Shown here one piece after another: positions 21,025-32,177 of a stretch of 64,000 nucleotides of DNA. The notes beneath the pieces are model-generated. The model searched no databases. It was not told the origin of the DNA and saw nothing but the letters and a program-made list of their open reading frames with translations. How positions within the stretch are numbered: position 1 is the stretch's first letter; every line of letters starts with the position of its first letter. Source of the DNA: Escherichia coli (GTDB lineage: Bacteria > Pseudomonadota > Gammaproteobacteria > Enterobacterales > Enterobacteriaceae); the NCBI RefSeq assembly GCF_003018235.1, contig NZ_CP027437.1; one strand, given 5' to 3'. The position numbers and the translations under genes were made by a program.

Positions 21025-22431
21025 TTACAGTCGTTCTTGAATAAGTTTGCCTAATTGTTTAACCGCCTGTTCTTCGCGCTCGCCCCACTGCCACGCGGTA
21101 TTAAAACGGAAAAAACGTGACCAGTTTTCACCGGTAGAAAACATTTTACCCGGCGCAATACTGATATGATGCGCCAGTGCCGCCAGGCTTAATTCGCCCG
21201 CATCTAACGGTTCGGGAAGCTCCAGCCAGAGAAAATAACCGCTGTCATTATGATGAATTTTCACTTCCGCAGGCAGATAACGCAGCAGTGCTTGCCAGGC
21301 ACGTTGTTTACGTTCCGCAAGCTGGCGACGCAGGCGACGAAGATGGGCGTCGTATCGGCGCGTGGAAAGGTAATCCACCAGAGCAAGCTGCATCGGTGAG
21401 CTGGTGGAAAGCGTACTCATCAACTGCAAGCGTTGAATTTTACGTGCATGTTTTCCGGCGGCGACCCAACCAATACGAAAACCAGGCACCAGACATTTCG
21501 AAAACGAAGAGCAATGCAAAACACCATCGTGGTGATCCCACGCTTTCGCAGGCAGCGGTTTTTCCCGTCCAAAATAAAGTTCGCTGTAAACGTCATCTTC
21601 AATCAGCGTTACGTTGTACTGATTGAGCAACGCTACCAGCCGCGCTTTTTTCTGCGGCGTTAAGGTAAATCCGAGTGGATTCTGGCTATTAGTCATCAGC
21701 CAGCACGCTTTCACCGGATACTCCTGCAACGCCAGTTCCAGCGCCTTGAGATCAATCCCTTCTTTAACGTCCGTCGCCACCGATAACGCCTTCAGCCGTA
21801 ACCGCTCCAGCGCCTGCAACGCGCCGTAGAAACAAGGATTCTCTACTATCACCCAATCGCCCGGTTCAGTGACCGCTTGTAAACTGAGGTTTAATGCCTC
21901 TAACGCCCCGGCGGTAATGACAATTTCATCAGGAGAAATAGTGATGCCCTGTAAGGCATAGCGACGAGCAATAGCCTGACGCAGTTCTGCGTTTCCTGGC
22001 GGTAAGTTTTCAATCACGCTCATCGCCGTGGCGGTTTTGCTTACCTGCGCCAGCGAGCGGTTTAGTTGTTGGAGGGGGAAAAGTCGCGGGTCGGGAAAGG
22101 CCGAGGCAAACGGAACTACCGACGGATCGCGACTGGCCTGCAACATATCAAAAATATAGGTGTTGATATCGACTGCTTCATCTCGAGTGACAGGAATGAC
22201 TGGCGCTTTCGGCATTTTTATTGCCTGTGGCGCAACGTAATAACCCGATTGCGGTCGAGCGATAATATGTCCCTGACTTTCGAGCAACTGATAGGCATGG
22301 CTGACAGTCATAAAGCTCATGCCAGAAAGCGCCACCTGGTCACGCAACGAAGGCAAACGATCGCCAGGTTGCCAGATACCCGACGCAATCTGCTCGCGTA
22401 ATTGTTCTGCAAGCTGCTGGTATTTTTTCAT
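21025..22431 (-). CDS. ydcR: MocR-family regulator (GntR HTH fused to aminotransferase-like domain)
   Basis: 468-aa ORF MKKYQQLAEQLREQIASGIWQPGDRLPSLRDQ... Confidence 0.85.
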   Translation of the reverse strand: MKKYQQLAEQLREQIASGIWQPGDRLPSLRDQVALSGMSFMTVSHAYQLLESQGHIIARPQSGYYVAPQAIKMPKAPVIPVTRDEAVDINTYIFDMLQASRDPSVVPFASAFPDPRLFPLQQLNRSLAQVSKTATAMSVIENLPPGNAELRQAIARRYALQGITISPDEIVITAGALEALNLSLQAVTEPGDWVIVENPCFYGALQALERLRLKALSVATDVKEGIDLKALELALQEYPVKACWLMTNSQNPLGFTLTPQKKARLVALLNQYNVTLIEDDVYSELYFGREKPLPAKAWDHHDGVLHCSSFSKCLVPGFRIGWVAAGKHARKIQRLQLMSTLSTSSPMQLALVDYLSTRRYDAHLRRLRRQLAERKQRAWQALLRYLPAEVKIHHNDSGYFLWLELPEPLDAGELSLAALAHHISIAPGKMFSTGENWSRFFRFNTAWQWGEREEQAVKQLGKLIQERL

Positions 22432-22509
22432 TATCGAATCGTAATTATGTGCAGATGATTCGGTAGTCTATATCAGTTGTTAAAAATGACAACTTTTCGT
22501 TAACTGTAA

Positions 22510-22947
<438 letters not shown>

Positions 22948-22971
22948 GTCATTAACCTTTTTAATTGGCGA

Positions 22972-23148
22972 TTAACTCAAACCGAGTTGCTTCAGGATTG
23001 CTTTACGCAATGGTTCTTTTATCTCATCACTGGGGTGACGCGGCATGACACTGCGTCGCCCTTGAAACCTGAGTTTCAAATGGTTGCTGCCATTCGCCAC
23101 ATCGACGCCCTGAGATTCGAGCCAACGTCTGAACTCGCTTTGTTTCAC
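22972..23148 (-). CDS. hicA: HicA mRNA interferase toxin
   Basis: 58 codons from GTG: (M)KQSEFRRWLESQGVDVANGSNHLKLRFQGRRSVMPRHPSDEIKEPLRKAILKQLGLS; not in the track because under 60 aa. Confidence 0.85.
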   Translation of the reverse strand: MKQSEFRRWLESQGVDVANGSNHLKLRFQGRRSVMPRHPSDEIKEPLRKAILKQLGLS

Positions 23149-23180
23149 ATCGCCTCCCTGCCGCTGAGTATATCAACAAA

Positions 23181-23198
23181 GTAAACATTAGTGTTTAC
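23181..23198. promoter_or_regulatory. inverted repeat in hicAB promoter region, candidate HicB operator
   Basis: GTAAACA-TTAG-TGTTTAC about 35-50 bp upstream of hicA start. Confidence 0.35.
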
Positions 23199-23369
23199 CT
23201 ATGTGTGTAATTTGCTCGAAAATAGCACTAAATCGCCGCAATGGCAGAATGCAATGCAAAATCAGGAAGGAAGATTCCATAATTTCTTTGCGCTAATTTG
23301 CAAAACTGAATAATAACCTCAAGAAACGATCGGCATCATAGCGGCAAAAGGTAAGAAAAAGGTGGCAGG

Positions 23370-23600
23370 ATGTTTACGAAGGCATTATCGGTTGTCTTAT
23401 TAACGTGTGCGCTATTCTCAGGACAACTCATGGCAGGGCACAAAGGACATGAATTTGTGTGGGTAAAGAATGTGGATCATCAGCTGCGTCATGAAGCGGA
23501 CAGCGATGAATTGCGTGCTGTGGCGGAAGAGTCGGCGGAAGGTTTGCGCGAGCATTTTTACTGGCAAAAATCGCGCAAACCAGAAGCGGGACAACGTTGA
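23370..23600 (+). CDS. yncJ: small secreted protein YncJ
   Basis: 76-aa ORF with signal peptide MFTKALSVVLLTCALFSGQLMA. Confidence 0.8.
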   Translation: MFTKALSVVLLTCALFSGQLMAGHKGHEFVWVKNVDHQLRHEADSDELRAVAEESAEGLREHFYWQKSRKPEAGQR

Positions 23601-23691
23601 GTCATTTATTGCCGGATGCGGCGTGACGCCTTACCCGGCCAACAATATCATGCAGATTCAATAAGTTGTGAGTAACCAGAAAACTGGCGTT

Positions 23692-25695
23692 TTACCCTTT
23701 TCGCTTCGGCAATGTTTTCAGCAGCTCATCCGGACTTACGGAGGCGACAACACTTCCCGGTAACGGCATTTTCAGAATGTGATTTTTAATTTTGCCGATG
23801 ACGTGCATCTCGCATGGGCGGCAATCAAACTTTAGCGTTAATACTTCATCGCCGTTAACCAGTTGCATTGGCGTCGCCTTCCAGCTTTTGATATTGCCTT
23901 TCGCCTGTTTCGGGCACAGATTGAAGGCAAAGCGCAGACAATGCTTAGTGATCATCACCGGGACTTCGCCCTTCTCTTCATGTGCCTCATACGCCGCGTC
24001 AATCAGCTGCACACCGTAGCGATGATAAAATTCACGCGCTTTCTGGTTGTATACGTTCGCGAGGAAACTCAGATGCGTTTGCGGATAAATCGGCGCAGGA
24101 TCAGCAACCGGTTTACGGCTGCCCCGCTGGTAACCGGCAAGACGTGCAGCATCCAGCATGTCGGCGGCTTCACGGCGGAACTGGTTTAACAGACTGTTTG
24201 GTACAAACAGCGCACCCGGCAAATTAATTTGCACATCGCGGGCGTAATAGATGGTTTGCCCCAGTTTTGCCAGACCATCCTTTAGATTGTTCATTGCTTT
24301 TTCGGCGTTATTGGCTTCGTCGAACTGCCCGTCCAGCGTATGCGTGATGCTGACACCCTCTTCACTGGTGAGGGTCAGAATCAGTTGTTCCTGCCAGCCG
24401 CCCAGTTCAATGTCTACCGCCACCCGACGTTCGCTGGATGTTTTGGTCAGTGCCTGCTGCCAGTTATGATCAAGATTACGGTTTAGTGGGTGATGCGGGC
24501 GAATTTTGTGCAACTCTGCTGGCATTTCATTGGGCCAGACGCGGTACTGATTTTCTCCGGTTTTCTCGACCGTATTGGCACGAAAGCCGACGACTTCACG
24601 TTTAATCATCACGTTCAGGCCATCGCCATTTGCCAGTGGTTCGGAAACGGCAACATCGAGATGATCTTTCGCCACTTTCAATACTTCACCCACCGGCAGG
24701 CCGATAAATTTCGGCGAATCGAACGCGCCAATATCGCCTTTACGGGCATTCACAAAATAATCTGTGCTACCACGGTGGAAAGTCTTTTCCGTCGATGGAA
24801 CAAAGAAATGTTCAGTACGACCTGATGAAGCACGCGTCAGATCGCCACGTTCTTCAATAATGGCATCCAGCATCTGGCGATAATGGGCGGTGATATTCTT
24901 CACGTAGCTCATATCTTTGTAACGCCCTTCAATCTTGAAGGAGCGTACGCCAGCATCAATCAGCGCGCCGAGGTTGGCAGTCTGATCGTTATCTTTCATC
25001 GACAGCAGATGTTTTTCATAGGAAACCACCCGCCCCTGATCGTCTTTCAATGTGTATGGCAAACGGCACGCCTGCGAGCAATCGCCACGGTTGGCGCTAC
25101 GCCCTGTTTGCGCATGAGAAATGTAGCACTGACCCGAATAGGCCACGCACAGTGCGCCATGAATAAAGAATTCAATGGTCGCGTCCGTGGCCTGGTGAAT
25201 CGCGCGGATCTGCTCAAGATTCAGCTCTCGCGCCAGCACAATCTGCGTGAAGCCAACATCAGAGAGGAACTTCGCTTTTTCTACTGTACGAATGTCGCAC
25301 TGCGTACTGGCGTGCAGTTCAATCGGCGGAATATCAAGTTCCAGAATCCCCATATCCTGAACAATCAGCGCATCGACGCCGGTCTGGTAGAGGTCAGTAA
25401 TCAGCCGTTGCGCGGGTTCCAGCTCATCATCATGCAAAATTGTGTTAAGCGTGACGAAAATTTTTGCACCATAACGATGGGCAAACGGCACCAGCTCGGC
25501 AATATCTTTCAGGCTATTACTGGCATTATGACGGGCACCAAAACCAGGGCCGCCGATATAAACAGCATCGGCACCGTGCAAAATAGCTTCGCGGGCAATG
25601 GCGGCATCGCGTGCCGGACTTAACAGTTCAAGACGATGAGAAGATACGGTCACTTTCTTATCCAGTAGCTGAAAAATGGCGGCTATTTTAGCCAC
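23692..25695 (-). CDS. rlhA: U32-family protein RlhA (23S rRNA 5-hydroxycytidine synthase, YdcP)
   Basis: Long peptidase U32-like ORF; track start is a GTG, and a second GTG 14 codons downstream (25653) may be the real start. Confidence 0.85.
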   Translation of the reverse strand: MAKIAAIFQLLDKKVTVSSHRLELLSPARDAAIAREAILHGADAVYIGGPGFGARHNASNSLKDIAELVPFAHRYGAKIFVTLNTILHDDELEPAQRLITDLYQTGVDALIVQDMGILELDIPPIELHASTQCDIRTVEKAKFLSDVGFTQIVLARELNLEQIRAIHQATDATIEFFIHGALCVAYSGQCYISHAQTGRSANRGDCSQACRLPYTLKDDQGRVVSYEKHLLSMKDNDQTANLGALIDAGVRSFKIEGRYKDMSYVKNITAHYRQMLDAIIEERGDLTRASSGRTEHFFVPSTEKTFHRGSTDYFVNARKGDIGAFDSPKFIGLPVGEVLKVAKDHLDVAVSEPLANGDGLNVMIKREVVGFRANTVEKTGENQYRVWPNEMPAELHKIRPHHPLNRNLDHNWQQALTKTSSERRVAVDIELGGWQEQLILTLTSEEGVSITHTLDGQFDEANNAEKAMNNLKDGLAKLGQTIYYARDVQINLPGALFVPNSLLNQFRREAADMLDAARLAGYQRGSRKPVADPAPIYPQTHLSFLANVYNQKAREFYHRYGVQLIDAAYEAHEEKGEVPVMITKHCLRFAFNLCPKQAKGNIKSWKATPMQLVNGDEVLTLKFDCRPCEMHVIGKIKNHILKMPLPGSVVASVSPDELLKTLPKRKG

Positions 25696-25725
25696 AAGCG
25701 CGACGTTGCGAAATAGTTTTCCCGC

Positions 25726-26262
25726 TTAACTGCGCGGGTAATGGATGAGGGAATGAAAATGTACGGTTTGCTCCCCTCCATTACGATAGACATGCGTGAC
25801 GTCTGCAGCAAATCGAGCGCCTTCCCCACAATTAAGGCTCTGCCATTCACCATCAACGCACAGATCAAGTTGTCCATCAATGACGACAACATGTTCGATT
25901 ACCCCCTTCTCATGGGGCGTCGATTCGCTTATTGCACCAGGTGCCATCTGAATCGAGAAGTGTTCAAAGCAGAGTTGTGGATCATAAGGAAACAGCGAAG
26001 TGATCACCATCGCCTGCTGTTGCGGCTCATAAACTGAAGGCGTAGCGGACTGCGGCGGAGAAATAAATGTCGAAAATGGCACGTTCAACCCGGTGGCTAT
26101 TTTCCATAATGTCGCGACCGTCGGGCTGGACTCATTACGCTCAATCTGCCCTAACATCGCTTTAGAAACGCCCGTCGCTTCTGCCAGTCGCGAAAGACTC
26201 CAGCCGCGCTGCTGACGTAGTTGTTTAAGTGTGGTGGATAAAAAGCGAGCGAGATTTTCCAT
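25726..26262 (-). CDS. sutR: XRE-HTH/cupin transcriptional regulator SutR (YdcN)
   Basis: 178-aa ORF MENLARFLSTTLKQLRQQRGWSLSRLAEATGVSKAMLGQIERNESSPT... Confidence 0.85.
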   Translation of the reverse strand: MENLARFLSTTLKQLRQQRGWSLSRLAEATGVSKAMLGQIERNESSPTVATLWKIATGLNVPFSTFISPPQSATPSVYEPQQQAMVITSLFPYDPQLCFEHFSIQMAPGAISESTPHEKGVIEHVVVIDGQLDLCVDGEWQSLNCGEGARFAADVTHVYRNGGEQTVHFHSLIHYPRS

Positions 26263-26353
26263 GCGACTCCTCCGGCAAAGCGGAAGTTTATCACTTGTGC
26301 GTTATAACGGACAAATGCTACGGTGCCTGTATGCTATAACGCACGAGGTGACT

Positions 26354-27526
26354 ATGCGTCTGTTTTCTATTCCTCCGCCCACGCTACTTGCGGGGTTTCT
26401 GGCGGTATTAATTGGCTACGCCAGTTCAGCGGCAATAATCTGGCAAGCAGCGATTGTCGCCGGAGCCACCACTGCACAAATCTCTGGCTGGATGACAGCG
26501 CTGGGGCTGGCAATGGGCGTCAGTACGCTGGCTCTGACATTATGGTATCGCGTACCTGTTCTCACCGCATGGTCAACGCCTGGCGCGGCTTTGTTGGTCA
26601 CCGGATTACAGGGACTAACACTTAACGGAGCCATCGGCGTTTTTATTGTCACCAACGCGTTAATAGTCCTCTGCGGCATAACGGGACTCTTTGCTCGTCT
26701 GATGCGCATTATTCCGCACTCGCTTGCGGCGGCAATGCTTGCAGGGATTTTATTACGCTTTGGTTTACAGGCGTTTGCCAGTCTGGACGGTCAATTTACG
26801 TTGTGTGGCAGTATGTTGCTGGTATGGCTGGCAACCAAGGCCGTTGCGCCGCGCTATGCGGTAATTGCCGCGATGATTATTGGGGTCGTGATCGTTATCG
26901 CGCAAGGTGACGTTGTCACAACTGATGTTGTCTTTAAACCCGTTCTCCCCACTTATATTAGCCCTGATTTTTCGTTTGCTCACAGCCTGAGCGTTGCACT
27001 CCCCCTTTTTTTGGTGACGATGGCATCGCAAAACGCACCGGGTATCGCAGCAATGAAAGCAGCCGGATATTCAGCTCCTGTTTCGCCATTAATTGTATTT
27101 ACTGGATTGCTGGCACTGGTTTTTTCCCCTTTCGGCGTTTATTCCGTCGGTATTGCGGCAATCACCGCGGCTATTTGCCAAAGCCCGGAAGCGCATCCGG
27201 ATAAAGATCAACGTTGGCTGGCCGCTGCCGTTGCAGGCATTTTCTATTTGCTCGCAGGTCTGTTTGGTAGTGCCATTACCGGGATGATGTCTGCCCTGCC
27301 CGTAAGTTGGATCCAGATGCTGGCAGGTCTGGCGCTGTTGAGTACCATTGGCGGCAGTTTGTATCAGGCGCTGCATAATGAGCGTGAGCGCGACGCGGCG
27401 GTGGTGGCATTTCTGGTAACGGCAAGTGGATTGACGCTGGTCGGGATTGGTTCTGCGTTTTGGGGATTAATTGCCGGAGGCGTTTGTTACGTGGTGTTGA
27501 ATTTAATCGCTGACAGAAACCGATGA
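26354..27526 (+). CDS. ydcO: BenE-family membrane transporter YdcO
   Basis: 390 aa from ATG 26354 (MRLFSIPPPTLLAGFLAVLIGYASSAAII...) with GAGGTG Shine-Dalgarno. Confidence 0.85.
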   Translation: MRLFSIPPPTLLAGFLAVLIGYASSAAIIWQAAIVAGATTAQISGWMTALGLAMGVSTLALTLWYRVPVLTAWSTPGAALLVTGLQGLTLNGAIGVFIVTNALIVLCGITGLFARLMRIIPHSLAAAMLAGILLRFGLQAFASLDGQFTLCGSMLLVWLATKAVAPRYAVIAAMIIGVVIVIAQGDVVTTDVVFKPVLPTYISPDFSFAHSLSVALPLFLVTMASQNAPGIAAMKAAGYSAPVSPLIVFTGLLALVFSPFGVYSVGIAAITAAICQSPEAHPDKDQRWLAAAVAGIFYLLAGLFGSAITGMMSALPVSWIQMLAGLALLSTIGGSLYQALHNERERDAAVVAFLVTASGLTLVGIGSAFWGLIAGGVCYVVLNLIADRNR

Positions 27527-27534
27527 TTAAAAAA

Positions 27535-27554
27535 GCGCCATCTAACGATGGCGC
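27535..27554. terminator. bidirectional terminator between ydcO and ydcL
   Basis: GCGCCATC-TAAC-GATGGCGC flanked by A-run and T-run. Confidence 0.65.
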
Positions 27555-27562
27555 GACTGGGA

Positions 27563-28231
27563 TTACTTTTTGTTAACGTCAAACATGGTGGCATCGGTCG
27601 CCATGTCATCAATAACTTGTTTAATATTTTCGAAAGCCATTGGCGTACTTTCGTTATTCAGGTCTTTCCCTTCGCCCTGACGAACGACTTTGATAACCGG
27701 TTTATTAGTCGCTGCATCAATCAGCTCACCTTCAAAATAGAGGCGAGTATCCATGGTACGGTGGCCTGTAGCCATTTGCGTCCCCGCAACCACTAATGCA
27801 ACAGGAACCACTTCATAGAATTGCAGCCCTTCTTTGCTGGTATCTACACCGGTAATGGCCCCACGGAAAATCAGACTACGCGGCCCAGCGGTGGTAACCA
27901 GTGGTTTACGCTGCGCTATCGCTTCTTTCATTTCGGTGTTGGTATAGTTCAAAATTTTATCCAGAACTTTCTGCCCTACCTGGGTAGAAGGTTTTGGCAC
28001 CGGATAATAAGTGATTGGGTTCCAGACGATGCTGTCATATTTGCTTTGATCAAAACTCGGGTCTACCCAACGTAAAACAGGTTTACCTGTTGCTGAGGTT
28101 GTTTCTTTTAAATCAGAGTAATTGTTTAAAAAACCAGAATATTTATCTGGCTGGGTGATTTTAGAGGCACAACCAGACAGAGCCAACAAGCCGCATAAAG
28201 CTGCAACTTTCGCAAATGATGTGGTACGCAT
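27563..28231 (-). CDS. ydcL: lipoprotein YdcL
   Basis: 222-aa ORF with lipobox MRTTSFAKVAALCGLLALSGC. Confidence 0.85.
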   Translation of the reverse strand: MRTTSFAKVAALCGLLALSGCASKITQPDKYSGFLNNYSDLKETTSATGKPVLRWVDPSFDQSKYDSIVWNPITYYPVPKPSTQVGQKVLDKILNYTNTEMKEAIAQRKPLVTTAGPRSLIFRGAITGVDTSKEGLQFYEVVPVALVVAGTQMATGHRTMDTRLYFEGELIDAATNKPVIKVVRQGEGKDLNNESTPMAFENIKQVIDDMATDATMFDVNKK

Positions 28232-28533
28232 GAATAGTTTCCTGAGATGATTATATTACTTTCTAAGTTATAGCAAAAAGCGCCGCTTCGTGTTGTGGCA
28301 AAAAAAGTGTTGGTGAAAATAAATTTTTTAGCCCCTTTTCAGACGACATAGTCAATGCCGAAAAAGGGGCTAAGTCAATCATCAGTAGTTAAATTTCAGT
28401 AAGTTAAGCGGCTAAAAAACTTCGACTACTGTGATTGATTTCACATCCCTTCGATAAAAAATATGCTTACCGAAAAGAAGAACAGTAAACCATCTCAGCG
28501 TGGGGAATTTTCACGCGCTTTGTTCTTACCGGA

Positions 28534-29127
28534 TCATTTTTTACGTGCCAGCATCGTGGCGAAACGCAGTTTAATACGATTACCGTTGGCGTCGGTGCGG
28601 TGCAGCTCGCCGACGTCTTCATTGTATTTCACCCTCTCCCAGCCTTCGTAATATCGACGTAATTCCCCCTCTTTGAAGGCAAACGGGAAGCCGACGGTAC
28701 ATGGATAATCAGCGGTATCCATCGCCGCCACAATCAGGTTGTAACCGCCAGGTTTAGTGCAACGTTGCATATTGGCAATCAGCCCTGGGATGGTTTTAGC
28801 CTCAAGGAACATCAGCACCACAGTCGAAAGAATAAAATCGTACTGTCCATCAAATGTGAGGTTATTCAGATCAACGACCCGGGTGTGTAAATTATCCAGA
28901 TTTTCAATGGACTTAATGCGCTCGACGTTGGCGACACTCATGGCATTTTTATCCCATGCGTCAACATCATAACCATTGGCTGCCAGGTAAAGACTGTTAC
29001 GACCATTGCCACAGCCCAGATCCAGCGTTTTACCCGGTTTAACCACTTTCACCGCTTCCAGCACTTCAGAGTGTGTGCGGGTTAATTCATATTTATCAGT
29101 AAAATAGTTTTCATCACGAATGATCAT
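28534..29127 (-). CDS. tehB: tellurite resistance SAM-dependent methyltransferase
   Basis: 197-aa ORF with SAM-binding [15 protein letters not shown]. Confidence 0.9.
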   Translation of the reverse strand: MIIRDENYFTDKYELTRTHSEVLEAVKVVKPGKTLDLGCGNGRNSLYLAANGYDVDAWDKNAMSVANVERIKSIENLDNLHTRVVDLNNLTFDGQYDFILSTVVLMFLEAKTIPGLIANMQRCTKPGGYNLIVAAMDTADYPCTVGFPFAFKEGELRRYYEGWERVKYNEDVGELHRTDANGNRIKLRFATMLARKK

Positions 29128-30116
29128 TCTTTGTCCTCTGCTTTCATTAAAACGGCGCGCTCGGTTCTGACTAACAATTTTCCCTGCATCAGAAGCGCAA
29201 AAGTACGGATGAGCAGTATTGCAATAATAAAATTGGTAAAGATAAACAGCGGCACCGCCAGCGTATGGAAAAATCCATTATCGCTGCCACTCCCCAGATG
29301 CAAACCGGTGGTTGCCAGTGCAGATACGCCGAACGAGAAACTCCAGAATGAAGCATTAAATGGCTGGGAGAGATACCATGGCATCAGACGTAGCATAAAC
29401 AGCAGTTGCAGCAGTCCATAACCGAAAAGCATTTTCGCCAGCGTGTCACCCTCGCCGCCGTTGACGCTCAGCCAGGCACTACAGGCCACCAGTGCAGGAG
29501 CGAGCTGAATGCCGAGTGAGGTCCGCAGTGCCGTGGGTAATTCTCCCGAACTGCGCAGACGCTGCAAGATCACAGGTTCAAGGCTTAGCCATGAGAAAAC
29601 GCCTGCGCCTAAAAACACCAGACCTGCGTCGGTGTAGCCCAACGCACCACAGGCCATTGCGCTGATAAAGTTGTTGGCAACTGTCGGCAGATACAGTCCA
29701 GGCGTGGTAGCTTCTTCAGGGTGAGATCCGCGCCATAATCCCGCAGTTTGCCATGCGGCATAAGCCAGTTGCACCACGACACCAAAACTGAACAGGCACA
29801 CCGCCAGTGGACGAAACCACGGAACAAAACCAATCGCCACCAGCATCGTCGTTGCCGGAAACAAACTCACAAAACTGCTCAGCACTGGATGGCGCACTTC
29901 CGCCAGCACGCTATGCGGAAAGCGTATGAGTCGGGTAATAAATGCGCTAGTTAATAATCCCCAGATGATCATCGCCAGAATCACCAGCCCATCCCCTAAC
30001 CAGTGGCTGACCTGCCAAACCTGGCTGGCATAGCGCCAGGCAAATCCCATCCCTATCGTCCCCAACACAATACCAAAGTAGCCTGCCGGCAAATTGAGCA
30101 CTTTATCGCTCTGCAT
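29124..30116 (-). CDS. tehA: tellurite resistance/dicarboxylate-type membrane protein
   Basis: 330 aa from ATG at 30116 ([30 protein letters not shown]...); overlaps tehB start. Confidence 0.9.
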   Translation of the reverse strand: MQSDKVLNLPAGYFGIVLGTIGMGFAWRYASQVWQVSHWLGDGLVILAMIIWGLLTSAFITRLIRFPHSVLAEVRHPVLSSFVSLFPATTMLVAIGFVPWFRPLAVCLFSFGVVVQLAYAAWQTAGLWRGSHPEEATTPGLYLPTVANNFISAMACGALGYTDAGLVFLGAGVFSWLSLEPVILQRLRSSGELPTALRTSLGIQLAPALVACSAWLSVNGGEGDTLAKMLFGYGLLQLLFMLRLMPWYLSQPFNASFWSFSFGVSALATTGLHLGSGSDNGFFHTLAVPLFIFTNFIIAILLIRTFALLMQGKLLVRTERAVLMKAEDKE

Positions 30117-30239
30117 CTTCTTACTCATTTTGTTTAATTTATAAAGTATATTTGAAATGCATTTTATGGAATTTTCTCGAGCATAGCCAGAGCCGCAGAA
30201 TTTGCTACGGTTATAGTAAGTCACCTGTGGGAAAACGCT

Positions 30240-31220
30240 ATGCGCAAATATCGTCTAAGTGAAGAACAGCGAGCCTTTAGTTATCAGGAAGATGGCACTA
30301 AAAAAAGTGTGTTATTACGGCAGATTATCGCCATTAGCGATTTTAACGATGTGATAGCAGGAACCGCTGGCGGCTGGATCGATCGCGAAACGGTGTTAGC
30401 ACAGGAAGGAAATTGCTGGATTTACGATCAGAATGCTATTGCGTTCGGCGGAACGGTGATTTCCGGTAATACGCGTATCACCGGCACCAGCGTTCTTTGG
30501 GGAGAGGTTTACGCAACGGATAACGTCTGGATCGATAATAGTGAAATCAGCCAGGATGCATATATAAGTGACAGCGTCACCATTCGTGACTCATTAGTTT
30601 GTGGTCAATGTAGAATATTTGGTCACGCCTTAATTGATCAACATTCTATGATCGTCGCCGCACAAGGCTTAACGCCCGACCATCAACTCCTGCTACAAAT
30701 TTATGATCGCGCAAGGGTTAGCGCCTCGCGTATTGTTCACCAGGCACAAATTTATGGCGATGCCGTCGTCCGGTATGCTTTTATTGAACATCGCGCCGAA
30801 GTTTTTGATTTTGCCAGCGTTGAAGGTAATGAAGAGAACAACGTCTGGCTATGCGATTGCGCTAAAGTCTACGGTCACGCGCAGGTGAAAGCTGGCATAG
30901 AAGAAGATGCCATTCCGACGATTCATTACAGTTCGCAGGTGGCGGAATATGCCATTGTGGAAGGTAATTGTGTGTTAAAACATCATGTCTTGATTGGCGG
31001 AAATGCCGTGGTACGTGGCGGACCGATTCTGCTCGACGAGCACGTTGTAATACAAGGTGAGAGCCGTATTACAGGTGCGGTGATAATTGAAAAACATGTG
31101 GAGTTAACCGACCACGCCGTCGTTGAAGCCTTTGATGGCGACACGGTTCATGTCCGTGGTCCAAAAGTCATTAACGGCGAGGAGCGCATTACGCGAACGC
31201 CGCTGGCAGGGTTATTGTGA
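30240..31220 (+). CDS. ydcK: hexapeptide-repeat protein YdcK
   Basis: 326-aa [25 protein letters not shown]... with left-handed beta-helix repeats. Confidence 0.85.
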   Translation: MRKYRLSEEQRAFSYQEDGTKKSVLLRQIIAISDFNDVIAGTAGGWIDRETVLAQEGNCWIYDQNAIAFGGTVISGNTRITGTSVLWGEVYATDNVWIDNSEISQDAYISDSVTIRDSLVCGQCRIFGHALIDQHSMIVAAQGLTPDHQLLLQIYDRARVSASRIVHQAQIYGDAVVRYAFIEHRAEVFDFASVEGNEENNVWLCDCAKVYGHAQVKAGIEEDAIPTIHYSSQVAEYAIVEGNCVLKHHVLIGGNAVVRGGPILLDEHVVIQGESRITGAVIIEKHVELTDHAVVEAFDGDTVHVRGPKVINGEERITRTPLAGLL

Positions 31221-31751
31221 ATCGATAATACGCGCGTATAAGTTCACATCATCATAGGCATCATTCAGGAACTCAGCCTGTTTCAGACAACCTTCAAGGA
31301 TAAAACCATTGCGCAAGGCGACCTGGTTGCTTTGCACATTGTCCACCCGACATTTGATCACGAAGCGTCTAAGTTCACCAGACTGGGCGTAATGATGAAT
31401 CAATGCCTGCAGCGCCTGAGAAATGATCCCCTGCCCCTGATGAGATTCGTCCAGCCAGTAGCCGATTTCAGCGGTTTTATTCAGTGGTTCAATACGATTA
31501 AACGAGATAACGCCGATAAGTTCATCTTCTTTGAAAATCATGAACATTTTGGCATATCCGCGTTGATGCAACATTACATTGCCCTGCACCGTTTTTCGCG
31601 TGTCCTCTTCACTTTGAACAAACTGCGGCCAGTTTAGCGACTGCTGTAACCAGGTTTTATTTTTACAGATTAACTGATAAAGAGGTGTGACGTGATTTTC
31701 TGCAACAGCATGTAATTCAAGTGATTCGCTTACTTTTATCGTTTCGGTCAT
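31212..31751 (-). CDS. rimL: ribosomal protein L7/L12-serine N-acetyltransferase
   Basis: 179 aa from ATG at 31751 ([26 protein letters not shown]...). Confidence 0.85.
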   Translation of the reverse strand: MTETIKVSESLELHAVAENHVTPLYQLICKNKTWLQQSLNWPQFVQSEEDTRKTVQGNVMLHQRGYAKMFMIFKEDELIGVISFNRIEPLNKTAEIGYWLDESHQGQGIISQALQALIHHYAQSGELRRFVIKCRVDNVQSNQVALRNGFILEGCLKQAEFLNDAYDDVNLYARIIDSQ

Positions 31752-31813
31752 CTTATCTCCAGTCAATCCATGCAGTTGTTAAAAAAGCCGCCTGGCTGGC
31801 GGCTTAGGAAAGT

Positions 31814-32038
31814 TTACACCTCTTTGACGCTCTCCTGCTGCAGGATTTTGAGCATCTCATCTTTTAACTGTAACTTTTGTTTTTTCATGCGGACCACTTC
31901 CGCATTATACCCTCGACCGTCGGAACCTTCCTTTCTGGCAATTTCATGATCAAGTTTATTGTGTTTATCGAACAAGGACATAAAGCGAGGATTTTCGTTT
32001 TTCAGACGGGATATTAAATCTCGATATTCTGGAAACAT
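31814..32038 (-). CDS. ydcH: small protein YdcH (DUF465)
   Basis: 74 aa from ATG at 32038 (MFPEYRDLISRLKNENPRF...). Confidence 0.8.
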   Translation of the reverse strand: MFPEYRDLISRLKNENPRFMSLFDKHNKLDHEIARKEGSDGRGYNAEVVRMKKQKLQLKDEMLKILQQESVKEV

Positions 32039-32177
32039 ACGCACTCCCTGTTAGTGGCTGACAAGGTGTATCTGAAATACACACCATCAGATTACTCATT
32101 TAACTTAGGGAAAAATGCGAGCGGGATCGTGTTTAACCAGACGGCACCTCCCGAAGAAGGTGCCGAAGAAAAAACAA

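Noticed and set aside
24883-25623. 246-aa plus-strand ORF
   Set aside because: Entirely antisense within rlhA; typical shadow ORF of a GC-rich gene.
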